Positions 17,011 to 26,433 are shown, counted from the first letter of the stretch. The stretch: DNA of 32,000 bases from Candidatus Kuenenia stuttgartensis (GCF_900232105.1 NZ_LT934425.1:840001-872000), one strand, 5' to 3'. Notes: generated from the letters alone by a model not told the origin. A program made the numbers and translations.

Positions 17011-19518
17011 ATGGAATTTTTCTTAAAAAAGTGCGCATCATTTATCCATTCCTTTCACAAGCAAATAGTTGTTGTATTTGCTCTGCTCACGGCAGTCTCC
17101 ATAGTAACAATTTTTTACATGGAAATTAAAACGGACATAATAGACGTTCTTCCATCTAAAAATAAGAAAGTAGGCCAGTTTAAGGACTTCATTGAAAAAT
17201 ACGGTATTTCGGATAATGTAGTATTGCTGTTGGAATCGACGGAGAATGAAATTGATGAACAAACAGAACTCATAGAAACGCTTGCAAACAAACTTGCAGC
17301 ATCTCCATATATTGAGCACGTTGATTATAGCCCGTTAAAATACGAAAACAGTTTTTTTATCAATCATATACCGTTGCTTCTTGATGAAAAAGGATTGAAA
17401 CGCCTTGAAAACAGACTTACCCCAAAAGGCATCGAACGGCAAATAAGATATAATCTCCAAAAACTTCTCTCTCCCCTTAGTTCTCCAATCGATTACGAAA
17501 TGATTTCAAAAGACCCTCTTGATATTGCAGACATAGTAAAAGATTCTCTTATGAGCGCAAACAAAGAGGACAGCCTTGATATCAGTACCGGTTATTACAT
17601 CACGTCGGATTATTCAACTGCCGTTATCTTCGTTAAACCAAAGGGCAAAGGAAGGGATATGGCCTTTGTCGGTAATTTGAAACGGGAACTGGACGACATT
17701 ATCTCATTCTCAATGGAGAAAGCCGGCAATCCTTCGGACGTACGGGTGGAACTTACCGGCAACTGCGTTTTATCGGAAGAAGTGCGCCAAATTATCCGTC
17801 ATGACGTAGCATACTCTTTTCTCTTATCCGTTTTTCTCATTGCCGCACTCATATGGTTTGCGTACAGAGTAAGAGTTAAGATTCTATTGGTTATCGGATT
17901 TACCTTGTTGACGTCTCTTTCCACTACACTTGCCTTTGCATACCTGGTTTTCGGTAGTCTGAATATAGTAACAAGCGTTGTTGCGGCGCTACTTATCGGC
18001 CTTTACGTGGATTATGCAATGCATTCGGTAAATAGATTCGGCGAGGTTTTTAGAAAACTGAACAACCGGCAAAAGGCCCTGGAACAAACCCTTACCAAAA
18101 CTGGTTCTGCGATCATTATATCTGCAAGCACAACGTCGCTGTCTTTTTTCAGTATAATTGTGACCAAATTCAATGGTTTGCATGAGTTGGGTATTGTTGC
18201 AGGAATAGGAGTTTTATTATGTTTGTTATCCACGCTCTTCCTGACAAACTCTCTTCTTTACTGGATAAGTAAAAAAGGGTTGCATAAAATCCAGTTGAAA
18301 AAAGAGGTCCCTACAGGAGTTGAAAATCTTATCAAACTGCTCGTTAAAAGACCCAATAGGATACTTGCTATTAGTATTATCGTTTTTATCATCGCGGGTT
18401 TTGGTGTAACAAGATTAAAGTTTAACAATGATCCCGATAGTATCATCCCAAAAGATTGCTCCTCGGTTGCTGTGGGAAAAAAACTTCAGAAAAAAATGGG
18501 TAATAAAGGGGAACCGCTTTCCATAGTAATTAAAGCTCTGGATAAAAAGGGACTATCCTTTGCCTTTGACGAACTTGAAAAACTGCTTATGCAATTGAAA
18601 GAGAATGGTCTGATTAAGGATTACAATTCGTTAAACATCTTCATGCCAGCTCCCTCCGTTCAGTTGGAAAGAAAAAGAAAAATAAAAACAATGCTGGCGG
18701 ATAATGACATACAGCCTGACGCGCTGACGAAAACGCTACTGGACTCTCTTGAAAAAAATAAATTGGTATATGAGAAAACGTATGTAAACAACTACATAAA
18801 AAATGTAACAAATGCGCTGTATAACGCGCAATCCATTGGCCTGGAAGACGTTGAAATGCTATCTTCTCCAAGAGTAAAGCATTTTTACAATAAAGAAGAC
18901 CTGTCCATTGCCTCTTATATTTATCAGGGGAATAATGGATGGGACATAGAAACCATTAACAAAATTCAGCAAATGGTTGATTCGAAAGGGCAGAATTGGA
19001 TATTTACGGGGAAACCGATCTTGTTCAATGAAATAAAACCTACCATCATTTGGGGCAGCGCTTTAGCATCGATCATGGCGCTCCTGATGAATTTTGTTAT
19101 TATTTATTTGTACTTCAGAAAAATACTTCATACGATATTTGTTTTGCTGCCGGTAACGCTGGGGTTTCTCCTGACGTTGGGGGCGATGGCCTTCCTGGGT
19201 ATTCCTTTTAACGTCATTAACGTAGGCACTATAGCTTTAGTTTTCGGGCTAGGCGTGGATTATGGCATATACGTAATGCAGGCATATGTAAGAGAAGATG
19301 AAAAAAATATTTATAGTGCACTTCGAACGAGCGGTAAAAATGTGATGATGTGCTCGGCCACAACCGTTGCAGGTTGTGGAAGTCTCGCGCTTGCAAAATT
19401 TACCGGCATTGCAACCGTGGGCCTTGTACTTTCCATAGGAGCAATTGCTTGCGCCATTACCGCGTTGCTTGTATTGCCAACAATTATTTATCTGAATGAG
19501 AGACGAATTTCACAATGA
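17011..19518 (+). CDS. MMPL/RND-family lipid or hydrophobe exporter (HpnN-like topology)
   Basis: 835 aa, two RND half-repeats with multi-TM clusters (YVDYAMHSVNRFGE and GVDYGIYVMQAYVRED). Confidence 0.92.
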   Translation: MEFFLKKCASFIHSFHKQIVVVFALLTAVSIVTIFYMEIKTDIIDVLPSKNKKVGQFKDFIEKYGISDNVVLLLESTENEIDEQTELIETLANKLAASPYIEHVDYSPLKYENSFFINHIPLLLDEKGLKRLENRLTPKGIERQIRYNLQKLLSPLSSPIDYEMISKDPLDIADIVKDSLMSANKEDSLDISTGYYITSDYSTAVIFVKPKGKGRDMAFVGNLKRELDDIISFSMEKAGNPSDVRVELTGNCVLSEEVRQIIRHDVAYSFLLSVFLIAALIWFAYRVRVKILLVIGFTLLTSLSTTLAFAYLVFGSLNIVTSVVAALLIGLYVDYAMHSVNRFGEVFRKLNNRQKALEQTLTKTGSAIIISASTTSLSFFSIIVTKFNGLHELGIVAGIGVLLCLLSTLFLTNSLLYWISKKGLHKIQLKKEVPTGVENLIKLLVKRPNRILAISIIVFIIAGFGVTRLKFNNDPDSIIPKDCSSVAVGKKLQKKMGNKGEPLSIVIKALDKKGLSFAFDELEKLLMQLKENGLIKDYNSLNIFMPAPSVQLERKRKIKTMLADNDIQPDALTKTLLDSLEKNKLVYEKTYVNNYIKNVTNALYNAQSIGLEDVEMLSSPRVKHFYNKEDLSIASYIYQGNNGWDIETINKIQQMVDSKGQNWIFTGKPILFNEIKPTIIWGSALASIMALLMNFVIIYLYFRKILHTIFVLLPVTLGFLLTLGAMAFLGIPFNVINVGTIALVFGLGVDYGIYVMQAYVREDEKNIYSALRTSGKNVMMCSATTVAGCGSLALAKFTGIATVGLVLSIGAIACAITALLVLPTIIYLNERRISQ

Positions 19519-20969
19519 AGGATTTTGATGTCATAGTTATCGGAAGTGGAATCGGGGGACTTATTAGTGCCGGAACGTTGGTCTCAAAAGGGATGAAAAC
19601 CCTTCTGGTTGAAAAAAACAAAATTCCCGGCGGACTACTTGCCTCTTTCAAAAGGAAGGGGTTCCTCTTTAATTCCGCTGTTGACTGTATCTCGGGTGTT
19701 GCTAAAGGGGGGTACATTTCAAACGTTCTAGAGAGTCTCGACGTTGATTCCGAAATAAACTTTGTAAAGCTGAATCCCATAAGATTTAGTATTTTCCCAG
19801 ATATCCGGATTCCCGTAGACTCAAACATGAATGTCTATATTGAAAGGCTCATTCAACTATTTCCCTCGGAAGCGTCGGGAATAAAAAAATTATTCAACTT
19901 CATGGATGGTTCATTTACCTTGGTACAGTCCATGCTAGATTCATTTTTATCCGGCAAGCCTGGATTAGGGAAAGCAACTCATGAAATTTTTGAACTAAGA
20001 AATATTTCATACAAGGATCTGCTGAGAAAATATATCACTAATTACCGCCTTACCATGGTTTTATCCGACCGATGTCCCTTTATCGGACTGCCGCCATCAC
20101 GAGTATCGGCATTCTCAATGGTCAACATGATCATGAGCTATTTCAAATTGGGTGCCTACAGACCAATAGGTGGCTTCCAGAAACTTGCGGATATTCTTGT
20201 CAAAGGAATTGAAAACAAAGGAGGCATGGTACTGTTGGGAAACGGAGCTGATAAAATACTACTGGAAAATAATAATCGGTGTTATGGAGTTCGGTGCGAG
20301 AACGGCAATGAATATACTTCCGAATTTGTGGTCTCCAGCGTTGACTCGCATCATACATTCGGCGATCTGTTGGGAAGAGAATTTGAATCTATTCCAACGG
20401 AAATGCGAAAAAAAACGGGCATCTCAACGTCATTTTTCGTTGTATATGCCGGAGTCAAAGGTGAGGTTACCGAACATTCGAGCGTTGGTTATTTTCCCTC
20501 GTATGACATGGAAAGTTTTTTTTCTCCTAAAAGCTCCTTTAAGAATGACTCGACCATTGGTGTAACGGTTGCCAGTATGGAGGACAAACTCCTTGCCCCT
20601 GATGCCTGCAACACGGTGGTATTGCACGAAATGGCGGAAGCCTCCGATAAAGAGATAGACAAATCCGTATGTACGGGAATAGTGATTAAAAAAGCGGAAA
20701 AGATAATACCAGGATTGAAAGACAAAATTATTGTCCTTGATTCCGCTACACCTAAATCCATTGAACGATATACCGGAAATTTCAATGGCTCCGCATTTGG
20801 ATGGAATCAAATACCAGGTTTTAAAAACGTAAAGGGGTATGGAATAAACAATCTATACATTGCCGGTCATTGGGGAGAAATAGGTGGCGGAGTATTGGCG
20901 GCAGCATATTCCGGGGCCAAAGCAGCGAAGGAAATCCTTACAAAGGAAAGCGTCACTAATGGAATCTAA
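19515..20969 (+). CDS. Phytoene desaturase/CrtI-like FAD-dependent oxidoreductase
   Basis: 484 aa; DVIVIGSGIGGLISAGTLVSKGMKTLLVEKNKIPGGLLASF at the N-terminus, C-terminal GINNLYIAGHWGEIGGGVLAAAYSGAKAA. Confidence 0.93.
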   Translation: MKDFDVIVIGSGIGGLISAGTLVSKGMKTLLVEKNKIPGGLLASFKRKGFLFNSAVDCISGVAKGGYISNVLESLDVDSEINFVKLNPIRFSIFPDIRIPVDSNMNVYIERLIQLFPSEASGIKKLFNFMDGSFTLVQSMLDSFLSGKPGLGKATHEIFELRNISYKDLLRKYITNYRLTMVLSDRCPFIGLPPSRVSAFSMVNMIMSYFKLGAYRPIGGFQKLADILVKGIENKGGMVLLGNGADKILLENNNRCYGVRCENGNEYTSEFVVSSVDSHHTFGDLLGREFESIPTEMRKKTGISTSFFVVYAGVKGEVTEHSSVGYFPSYDMESFFSPKSSFKNDSTIGVTVASMEDKLLAPDACNTVVLHEMAEASDKEIDKSVCTGIVIKKAEKIIPGLKDKIIVLDSATPKSIERYTGNFNGSAFGWNQIPGFKNVKGYGINNLYIAGHWGEIGGGVLAAAYSGAKAAKEILTKESVTNGI

Positions 20970-21999
20970 AATATATGTTGCAATACCGGCGTATAATGCT
21001 TCCAAGACAATCGGCAATGTGGTTTCCGCTGCTTTAAAACATGTTTCCACAGTTATAGTCATAGATGACGGGTCCACTGATAATACTGCAATTGTTGCCT
21101 TTGAAGCAGGTGCTGGAATCATTACTCTGGGAAAAAACAAAGGTAAAGGTAACGCATTAAAGATATTTTTTCAAAAAGCAATTCAGGAAAAATTTGACGC
21201 GGTTATAACCTTGGACGCAGACGGACAACATGATCCGGAGGAAATACCTCTTTTCCTGCATGAACACAAATTGTTTCCAGAATCAACAATAGTAGGAAAC
21301 AGGTTCCGTGAGAAGGAAAAGATACCAGACGCCCGATACAATGCCATGCGTATTGCCCAGTTTTATATTTCTCTTTCAGCAAACCAGTATTTGGAAGATT
21401 CCCAGTGCGGTTTTAGGTTGTATCCCATGGCAATAATAAAAAACATACCACTAACGACAGAAAGATATGTTACTGAATCAGAAATATTAATGAAGGTTGG
21501 AGATATGGGCAAAACCATTAGATTTGTAGATATTAAGACGATATACAACAATAGTAAAAGTTATCTAACGCCGGTATATGATGTTTCAAGCATAGCGGCG
21601 TATGTTATTTCTTATATTCATATAAAGTGGTTTGTCGAGGGATTAACCCCAAATAATCCATATACTTATTCTACAATAGGCTATATAAGGGATACTCTCG
21701 GGGAAAAAAAAAGCTTGAATATGTTTTTTCAAACTCTTACCGTGTTTACAGCGCTTCCTGCAAGCATATTTTTTTATTTGGAGTATAGTTTACTTCAATT
21801 CTTTATTCCTTATAATTTTGCTTCTATACGCAAACTTGATTGTGGGTTTTCGCGGATTGTTCTTGCAACACAGATGTTGCCTATATTACTTATTGTAGCC
21901 CTCATTGAAAAATGCTTAAAGACAACTGGATGTAAAATAAATCTTGTTAGCGGAACTATAAAAAAATTTTATCCAAACTTATGGAAAAACAAAAGATAG
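20959..21999 (+). CDS. GT2 (DPM1-like) glycosyltransferase with C-terminal membrane segment
   Basis: Met at 20959 preferred over the ORF-track start; YVAIPAYNASKTIGNVV, VIDDGSTDNT, TLDADGQHDPEEI, EDSQCGFRLYP, QT/FFYLEYSLLQFF hydrophobic tail. Confidence 0.9.
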   Translation: MESKIYVAIPAYNASKTIGNVVSAALKHVSTVIVIDDGSTDNTAIVAFEAGAGIITLGKNKGKGNALKIFFQKAIQEKFDAVITLDADGQHDPEEIPLFLHEHKLFPESTIVGNRFREKEKIPDARYNAMRIAQFYISLSANQYLEDSQCGFRLYPMAIIKNIPLTTERYVTESEILMKVGDMGKTIRFVDIKTIYNNSKSYLTPVYDVSSIAAYVISYIHIKWFVEGLTPNNPYTYSTIGYIRDTLGEKKSLNMFFQTLTVFTALPASIFFYLEYSLLQFFIPYNFASIRKLDCGFSRIVLATQMLPILLIVALIEKCLKTTGCKINLVSGTIKKFYPNLWKNKR

Positions 22000-22499
22000 G
22001 AATGTCCTTTTTGAAAATATTTTTAACCAACGGCCTAAAGGGTATTTAATAATAAAAAAATGAATAGTTAAATGGAAATATCAAATGAAACATCCATGAC
22101 CTAACTATCATAATTGAGTATAGAAATGTTTATTTTTTAGATAAGCGACTTCATTTTCCGACTAATATTCTCATGCTATTAAATTATTTGTGGTAAAATC
22201 ATTAGGCATTATTAGCCTATATAAATTTCTGTACTTGACACCTCCGGATGAATTAATCAAAATGTTATAACATTTTCAGCGTGTTAGACGGATTTTGGAT
22301 TATACTATTTCTATGTTTATTGATATTTTTATCTGCTAAAATAACGCAATCTGTGGTTTGCAGACAATTTCTTCTGAAATTTGACTTATGTGCTAAAAAC
22401 ATCGCATAAAAGAACAACGTGTTTAATAGCATTGTGTTTCCGTTCTTATGCAGAACCCTATGACGGCAAATTATCTTTTAATCTTATAAAGGAATAGTT

Positions 22500-23687
22500 A
22501 TGAAAAAAACATGTTTGTTGGTATTGCTTGTTACAATGACGCTTGCTGTTCTTACAGGTTGTGCTCAACTCAAATCTATCACGTTTGAAAAAAAACACCC
22601 CGAACCTCTTGAATCATTCGTCCCACAAGATTTAAGCGCAAAATCCCTTAGTGTGAAGTATGCACCGAAGATTGAAAGTTTTGTTATCATTTTAGATGCC
22701 TCTGCCTCTATGGAAACAGCATATACCGGTATCGTTAATAAAGGGCATCCAAAATTTGACGTGGCCAAAGATATTATATCGCGCATGAACAAAACATTGC
22801 CTGAAGTCGATGTAAATAGCGCCCTTGTAACATTTGGACACGGATTTTTTACGCCGTTAAAGAAGACATTTATTGTTTATGAACTCACACATCACTCACG
22901 AGACCTTTTAGAAAACGCGTTAAATATGGCAATCTATCCTAAAGGAAGCAGCCCTGCCGGAAACGCTATTGCTGACGCATCAAATCAACTGCTAACGTCG
23001 GTGGGACAAAATGCGGTGATCTTTGTGAGTGACGGCGAAAATTTAATAGGCACTCCCCTGGAGAAAATAAAGGATTTAAAAGAACTGTATGGAGAGAAGA
23101 CATGCTTTTATACCATTCATGTGGGAAATACTCCTGAGGGGAAAGAGGCGCTCAGAAAACTTGCACGGTCCGCAACCTGTGGTTTTTCTGTAACTGCTGA
23201 TGAAATTGCTTCCAGCGGGAATATGGCAAACTTTGTTAAAAAAGTATTTTTGACCGATATTCCTAAACAAGACAGCGACGGCGATGGTGTTTACGATGAA
23301 GACGATGAATGTCCGGATACTCCGGAAGGAGCTATTGTGGATTCCAGAGGATGCTGGGTGGTAAAAGGAATCGCCTTTGAATATAAGAAATGGGATATTA
23401 AAGAAGAATTTGAATCGAACCTTACCAATATTGTGGATGTTTTGGAAAAAAATCCTGATTTGCAAATAAGAATAGAAGGGCACACAGATAATATCGGTTC
23501 AATGAAATATAATATCGACCTTTCCCAAAAAAGAGCGCTGGCGGTAAAAGATTATTTAGTAGAGAAGGGTATTCATGAATCGCGTATCTCTACGACGGGT
23601 TTTGGATTTAAACATCCTATTGCCCCCAATGTTACAGAAGAAGGCCGTGCCCTTAACAGAAGGGCTGAAATTGTTCCTATAAGATAG
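22500..23687 (+). CDS. Outer-membrane lipoprotein with vWA domain, TSP3-like Ca-binding repeat and C-terminal OmpA domain
   Basis: Lipobox-like LTGC; vWA MIDAS-like DASASM and FVSDGEN; DSDGDGVYDEDDECPDTPEGAIVDSRGCW; OmpA IRIEGHTDNIGS...NIDLSQKRALAVKDYL...GFGFKHP. Confidence 0.92.
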   Translation: MKKTCLLVLLVTMTLAVLTGCAQLKSITFEKKHPEPLESFVPQDLSAKSLSVKYAPKIESFVIILDASASMETAYTGIVNKGHPKFDVAKDIISRMNKTLPEVDVNSALVTFGHGFFTPLKKTFIVYELTHHSRDLLENALNMAIYPKGSSPAGNAIADASNQLLTSVGQNAVIFVSDGENLIGTPLEKIKDLKELYGEKTCFYTIHVGNTPEGKEALRKLARSATCGFSVTADEIASSGNMANFVKKVFLTDIPKQDSDGDGVYDEDDECPDTPEGAIVDSRGCWVVKGIAFEYKKWDIKEEFESNLTNIVDVLEKNPDLQIRIEGHTDNIGSMKYNIDLSQKRALAVKDYLVEKGIHESRISTTGFGFKHPIAPNVTEEGRALNRRAEIVPIR

Positions 23688-23692
23688 CAATA

Positions 23693-23765
23693 GCAGGGGC
23701 GAAGCATTTGCCCCTTTGGGTATGAATTCATTTATGACAATTTACAGCAAATGCTTCGCCCCTGC
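23693..23765. repeat. Palindromic element, copy A: 19-bp perfect inverted repeat with 35-nt loop
   Basis: GCAGGGGCGAAGCATTTGC (23693-23711) and GCAAATGCTTCGCCCCTGC (23747-23765). Reverse complement matches the copy at 26434-26507. Confidence 0.9.
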
Positions 23766-23798
23766 ACTATCCGGCAACACGTTTTAGCACAGAAGCAA

Positions 23799-24752
23799 AT
23801 GGATGAAAAGATCAAATTGGGGATTAGCGCATGCATGCTTGGTGAAAATGTTCGGCATGACGGAGGACACAAGCTTGACCATTATTTGAAATATACACTT
23901 GGAAAATTTATTCAGTGGGTTCCTGTGTGCCCCGAAGTGGAATGCGGCCTTCCCACTCCAAGAGAATCAATGCAGTTGGTTGGAGATCCTGAAAACCCTC
24001 GCATTCTTACCATAAAAACGCATAAAGACTACACCGTTCAGATGAAAAAATGGATCTGCAGTAAGGTGGTAGCGCTTAAACATGAAAACGTGAACGGTTT
24101 TGTGTTTAAGAGTAAATCTCCAAGCTGTGGTATGCAGGGAATAAAGGTATATCCATCTTCATCTGGCATTTCTGTCGGGAAGGGCATCGGCTTGTTTGCC
24201 AGGGGATTTATGGAAAAATTTACCTACGTTCCGACGGAAGACGATTGTCATCTTCAGGTTCCTGAAAGAAGGGAAAATTTTATAGAAAACGTATTTGTGT
24301 TTTACCGGTGGAAGAAATTCCTGAAAGAAGACGGCTCTATAAAGGGCCTTACAACTTTTCATGCAAACCATAAATTATTAATTATGTCCCATAGTACAGA
24401 AACAGTCAAAGACCTCGGTAAAATGGCGGCTCAGCCGGGCGGAACCGGAAAGAAAGATTTGTTTGATCAATATTGCAAGACATTAATGACGGCATTAAAA
24501 TTAAAAGCAACCGTAAAGAAAAATATCAACGTTTTGCAGCATATTTTGGGGTATTTTAAAAGAGAGTTGTCTTCCTGGGAGAAAAAAGAATTATTGGGGA
24601 TTATCGAACAGTATCGCGAAAAACAGAGTCCCCTGATTGTACCTGTAACTCTTCTACGGCATTATGCTCATAAATATGATAAAGAATACCTGAAATCGCA
24701 ATATTATCTTAATCCACATCCGATGGAATTTAGACTGCGGAATCAGTTTTGA
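23799..24752 (+). CDS. DUF523 (YbbK-like) + DUF1722 (YbgA-like) fusion protein
   Basis: MDEKIKLGISACMLGENVRHDGGHK, CPEVECGLPTPRESMQL (DUF523); C-terminal YRWKKF...LTTFHANHKLLIMSHS...LRHYAHKYDKEYLKSQYYLNPHP (DUF1722). Met at 23799 preferred because the ORF-track start lies inside the palindrome. Confidence 0.9.
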   Translation: MDEKIKLGISACMLGENVRHDGGHKLDHYLKYTLGKFIQWVPVCPEVECGLPTPRESMQLVGDPENPRILTIKTHKDYTVQMKKWICSKVVALKHENVNGFVFKSKSPSCGMQGIKVYPSSSGISVGKGIGLFARGFMEKFTYVPTEDDCHLQVPERRENFIENVFVFYRWKKFLKEDGSIKGLTTFHANHKLLIMSHSTETVKDLGKMAAQPGGTGKKDLFDQYCKTLMTALKLKATVKKNINVLQHILGYFKRELSSWEKKELLGIIEQYREKQSPLIVPVTLLRHYAHKYDKEYLKSQYYLNPHPMEFRLRNQF

Positions 24753-24897
24753 TTGCGTAAAATAATTAAATCACAATTTATAAACCCATCCGTGTATATC
24801 ACGACAGCGAATCCGCCGTTCCATTATTATATTGGTGGATTTGGTGCGAAAAAGCAGCACCTTAGGGTTGTTTCTTTTCATTTATGGTTACAGCAAT

Positions 24898-25389
24898 TCA
24901 GGTATCGTTTGTTTTCCCCTTTGAAAGAGGTTTGAGTCTTCTCAGGCTGTGATTGCAATAAGGGCATTTTCTAATAAAAAGATACATAAAAAAGAGCAGA
25001 ATTGCCCATAACCCTGCTGTAAAGAAAAAGAGTATAACATCGCCGAAATCCAATTTATGAATTCTCTCCGGCACAACACGCTTTTCACAATAGCGGCAAA
25101 AAGCCGTTTCTTGTTTTTTTGCCGATGGTCTGAAGTCAATAACTCTTTTTACATTTTTTAAGGAAATTGTACCGGACATTTTCCTCCCCCACCCAATACC
25201 CTTTATAATGTGATTATCGCATTCGTACTTTTTAAAGACATTATGTATTTGCTTGCATTTTCCTGCCAGAAATAATTCTATGCGAAAACCTTTCGGGGGC
25301 TTCGACCGGTAATATTTTTTAACCAAAAAATGTTCCGGGTCATTGAGTATTGCTATGGCAACCGTCTTAATTTTCTCTAAATCTATCAT
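24898..25389 (-). CDS. Small membrane protein with zinc-ribbon-like Cys pairs, unknown function
   Basis: 163 aa; CRYCEKR...hydrophobic FGDVILFFFTAGLWAILLFFMYLFI...CPYCNHSL. Confidence 0.6.
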   Translation of the reverse strand: MIDLEKIKTVAIAILNDPEHFLVKKYYRSKPPKGFRIELFLAGKCKQIHNVFKKYECDNHIIKGIGWGRKMSGTISLKNVKRVIDFRPSAKKQETAFCRYCEKRVVPERIHKLDFGDVILFFFTAGLWAILLFFMYLFIRKCPYCNHSLRRLKPLSKGKTNDT

Positions 25390-25424
25390 ATGTGTTTTCT
25401 ATGGATGTAGATTATACAATCAAT

Positions 25425-26327
25425 TTATGGTTCTCCAACAACCATAATTTCTGTATTCAGCGAATAGCCTGATTTTTCTTTTACCGTTTTCTGTGTGTAT
25501 TGAATTAGCGCCAAAACATCGTTTGCCTTAGCATTTCCCAAATTAACGATAAAATTTGCGTGTTTTCCGGAAATTTCTGCGTCGCCAATGCGCATTCCCT
25601 TCAGCCCCGCCTGTTCTATCAATCTTCCTGCCCCAACATCCTCTATTTTCTTAAAAACTGAGCCGCAACTGGGAAATTCCGGCAATTGAGGCTGTTTTGT
25701 TTTGCGCCACTCCCGATTCGCTTCCATAACTGATTTTATTTCTGATTTCGGTTTTTGTGAAAGCTGGAAGGTTACATCAAGCACAATATCTTTCTGTTTA
25801 TGCAAGATACTCGTATCATATCCAAACCGGAAGTACTCACCATCAACCGTTGTACTATTCCCATCTTCCGCTAAAATACGGCTCTTGCTGACTATTCCGG
25901 AAATAAATATGGTGTGTTTTCTGTCAGGAGATAAAAAATGCAGATTTTGCCATATTGCGCCGCCTACAGTACTCGGAATATCCACAAAATGCTCAAACCC
26001 TGATAGTCCTCGTTGATAGCATAGATTAAGAAGGTCGCCAATAATCGCGCCACTTTCCGCAACCAATTTATTCTTTTCAAGGAAGGTCGTTTTGTTTGCA
26101 AGATTTCTGATCACAAGACCGCGAAATCCCTTATCGGTAAATAAGATATTTGCGCCGCAGCCAAGCAAAAAATAAGGGGTTTTTCTGCGCTTTGCCTCTA
26201 ATACCGCTTGTGTTAATTCTTCGGTGGTATGTACTTCAACAAACCAATCAGCGGGACCGCCTATTTTATAAGTAGTAAAAGGGGCGAGAGGTATGTTTTT
26301 TTTCAGGTTTGGTATGCTGAGTACCAT
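25425..26327 (-). CDS. murB: UDP-N-acetylenolpyruvoylglucosamine reductase
   Basis: 300 aa; APFTTYKIGGPADWFVE, LGCGANILFTDKGFRGLVIR, FVDIPSTVGGAIWQN, FPSCGSVFKK, GMRIGDAEISGKHANFIVNLGNA. Confidence 0.95.
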   Translation of the reverse strand: MVLSIPNLKKNIPLAPFTTYKIGGPADWFVEVHTTEELTQAVLEAKRRKTPYFLLGCGANILFTDKGFRGLVIRNLANKTTFLEKNKLVAESGAIIGDLLNLCYQRGLSGFEHFVDIPSTVGGAIWQNLHFLSPDRKHTIFISGIVSKSRILAEDGNSTTVDGEYFRFGYDTSILHKQKDIVLDVTFQLSQKPKSEIKSVMEANREWRKTKQPQLPEFPSCGSVFKKIEDVGAGRLIEQAGLKGMRIGDAEISGKHANFIVNLGNAKANDVLALIQYTQKTVKEKSGYSLNTEIMVVGEP

Positions 26328-26378
26328 TTATTGTTTTTATTTTACTCTTTCTATAAAAGAGTGTAATTTGTCAGAGTG

Positions 26379-26404
26379 TGTAACACTTTAGTTTTTTGAA
26401 AAAT
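26379..26404 (+). repeat. 26-bp exact direct repeat, copy 2 (TGTAACACTTTAGTTTTTTGAAAAAT)
   Basis: Identical to 2727-2752. Confidence 0.85.
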
Positions 26405-26433
26405 TCTAATAATAACGATGTTTACTGCACAGT

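Noticed and set aside
20170-20565. 131 aa plus-strand ORF within the CrtI-like gene
   Set aside because: Out-of-frame within a strongly supported FAD oxidoreductase gene; no domain signature.
19515-20969. Carotenoid biosynthesis interpretation for the CrtI-like gene
   Set aside because: No phytoene synthase or GGPP synthase in the window and the gene is embedded in a KS/ACP operon; cannot be assigned to carotenoids from sequence alone.
23693-23765. CRISPR-like repeat
   Set aside because: Only one palindrome with one distant inverted copy; no regularly spaced direct repeats or cas genes anywhere in the window.
23751-23798. N-terminal 16 aa of ORF 23751-24752 (MLRPCTIRQHVLAQKQ)
   Set aside because: Lies in the right arm of the palindromic element; homology to DUF523 proteins begins at MDEKIKLG (23799).
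24753-24935. 60 aa ORF downstream of the DUF523/DUF1722 gene
   Set aside because: Short, overlaps the 3' end of the minus-strand gene, no recognisable family.
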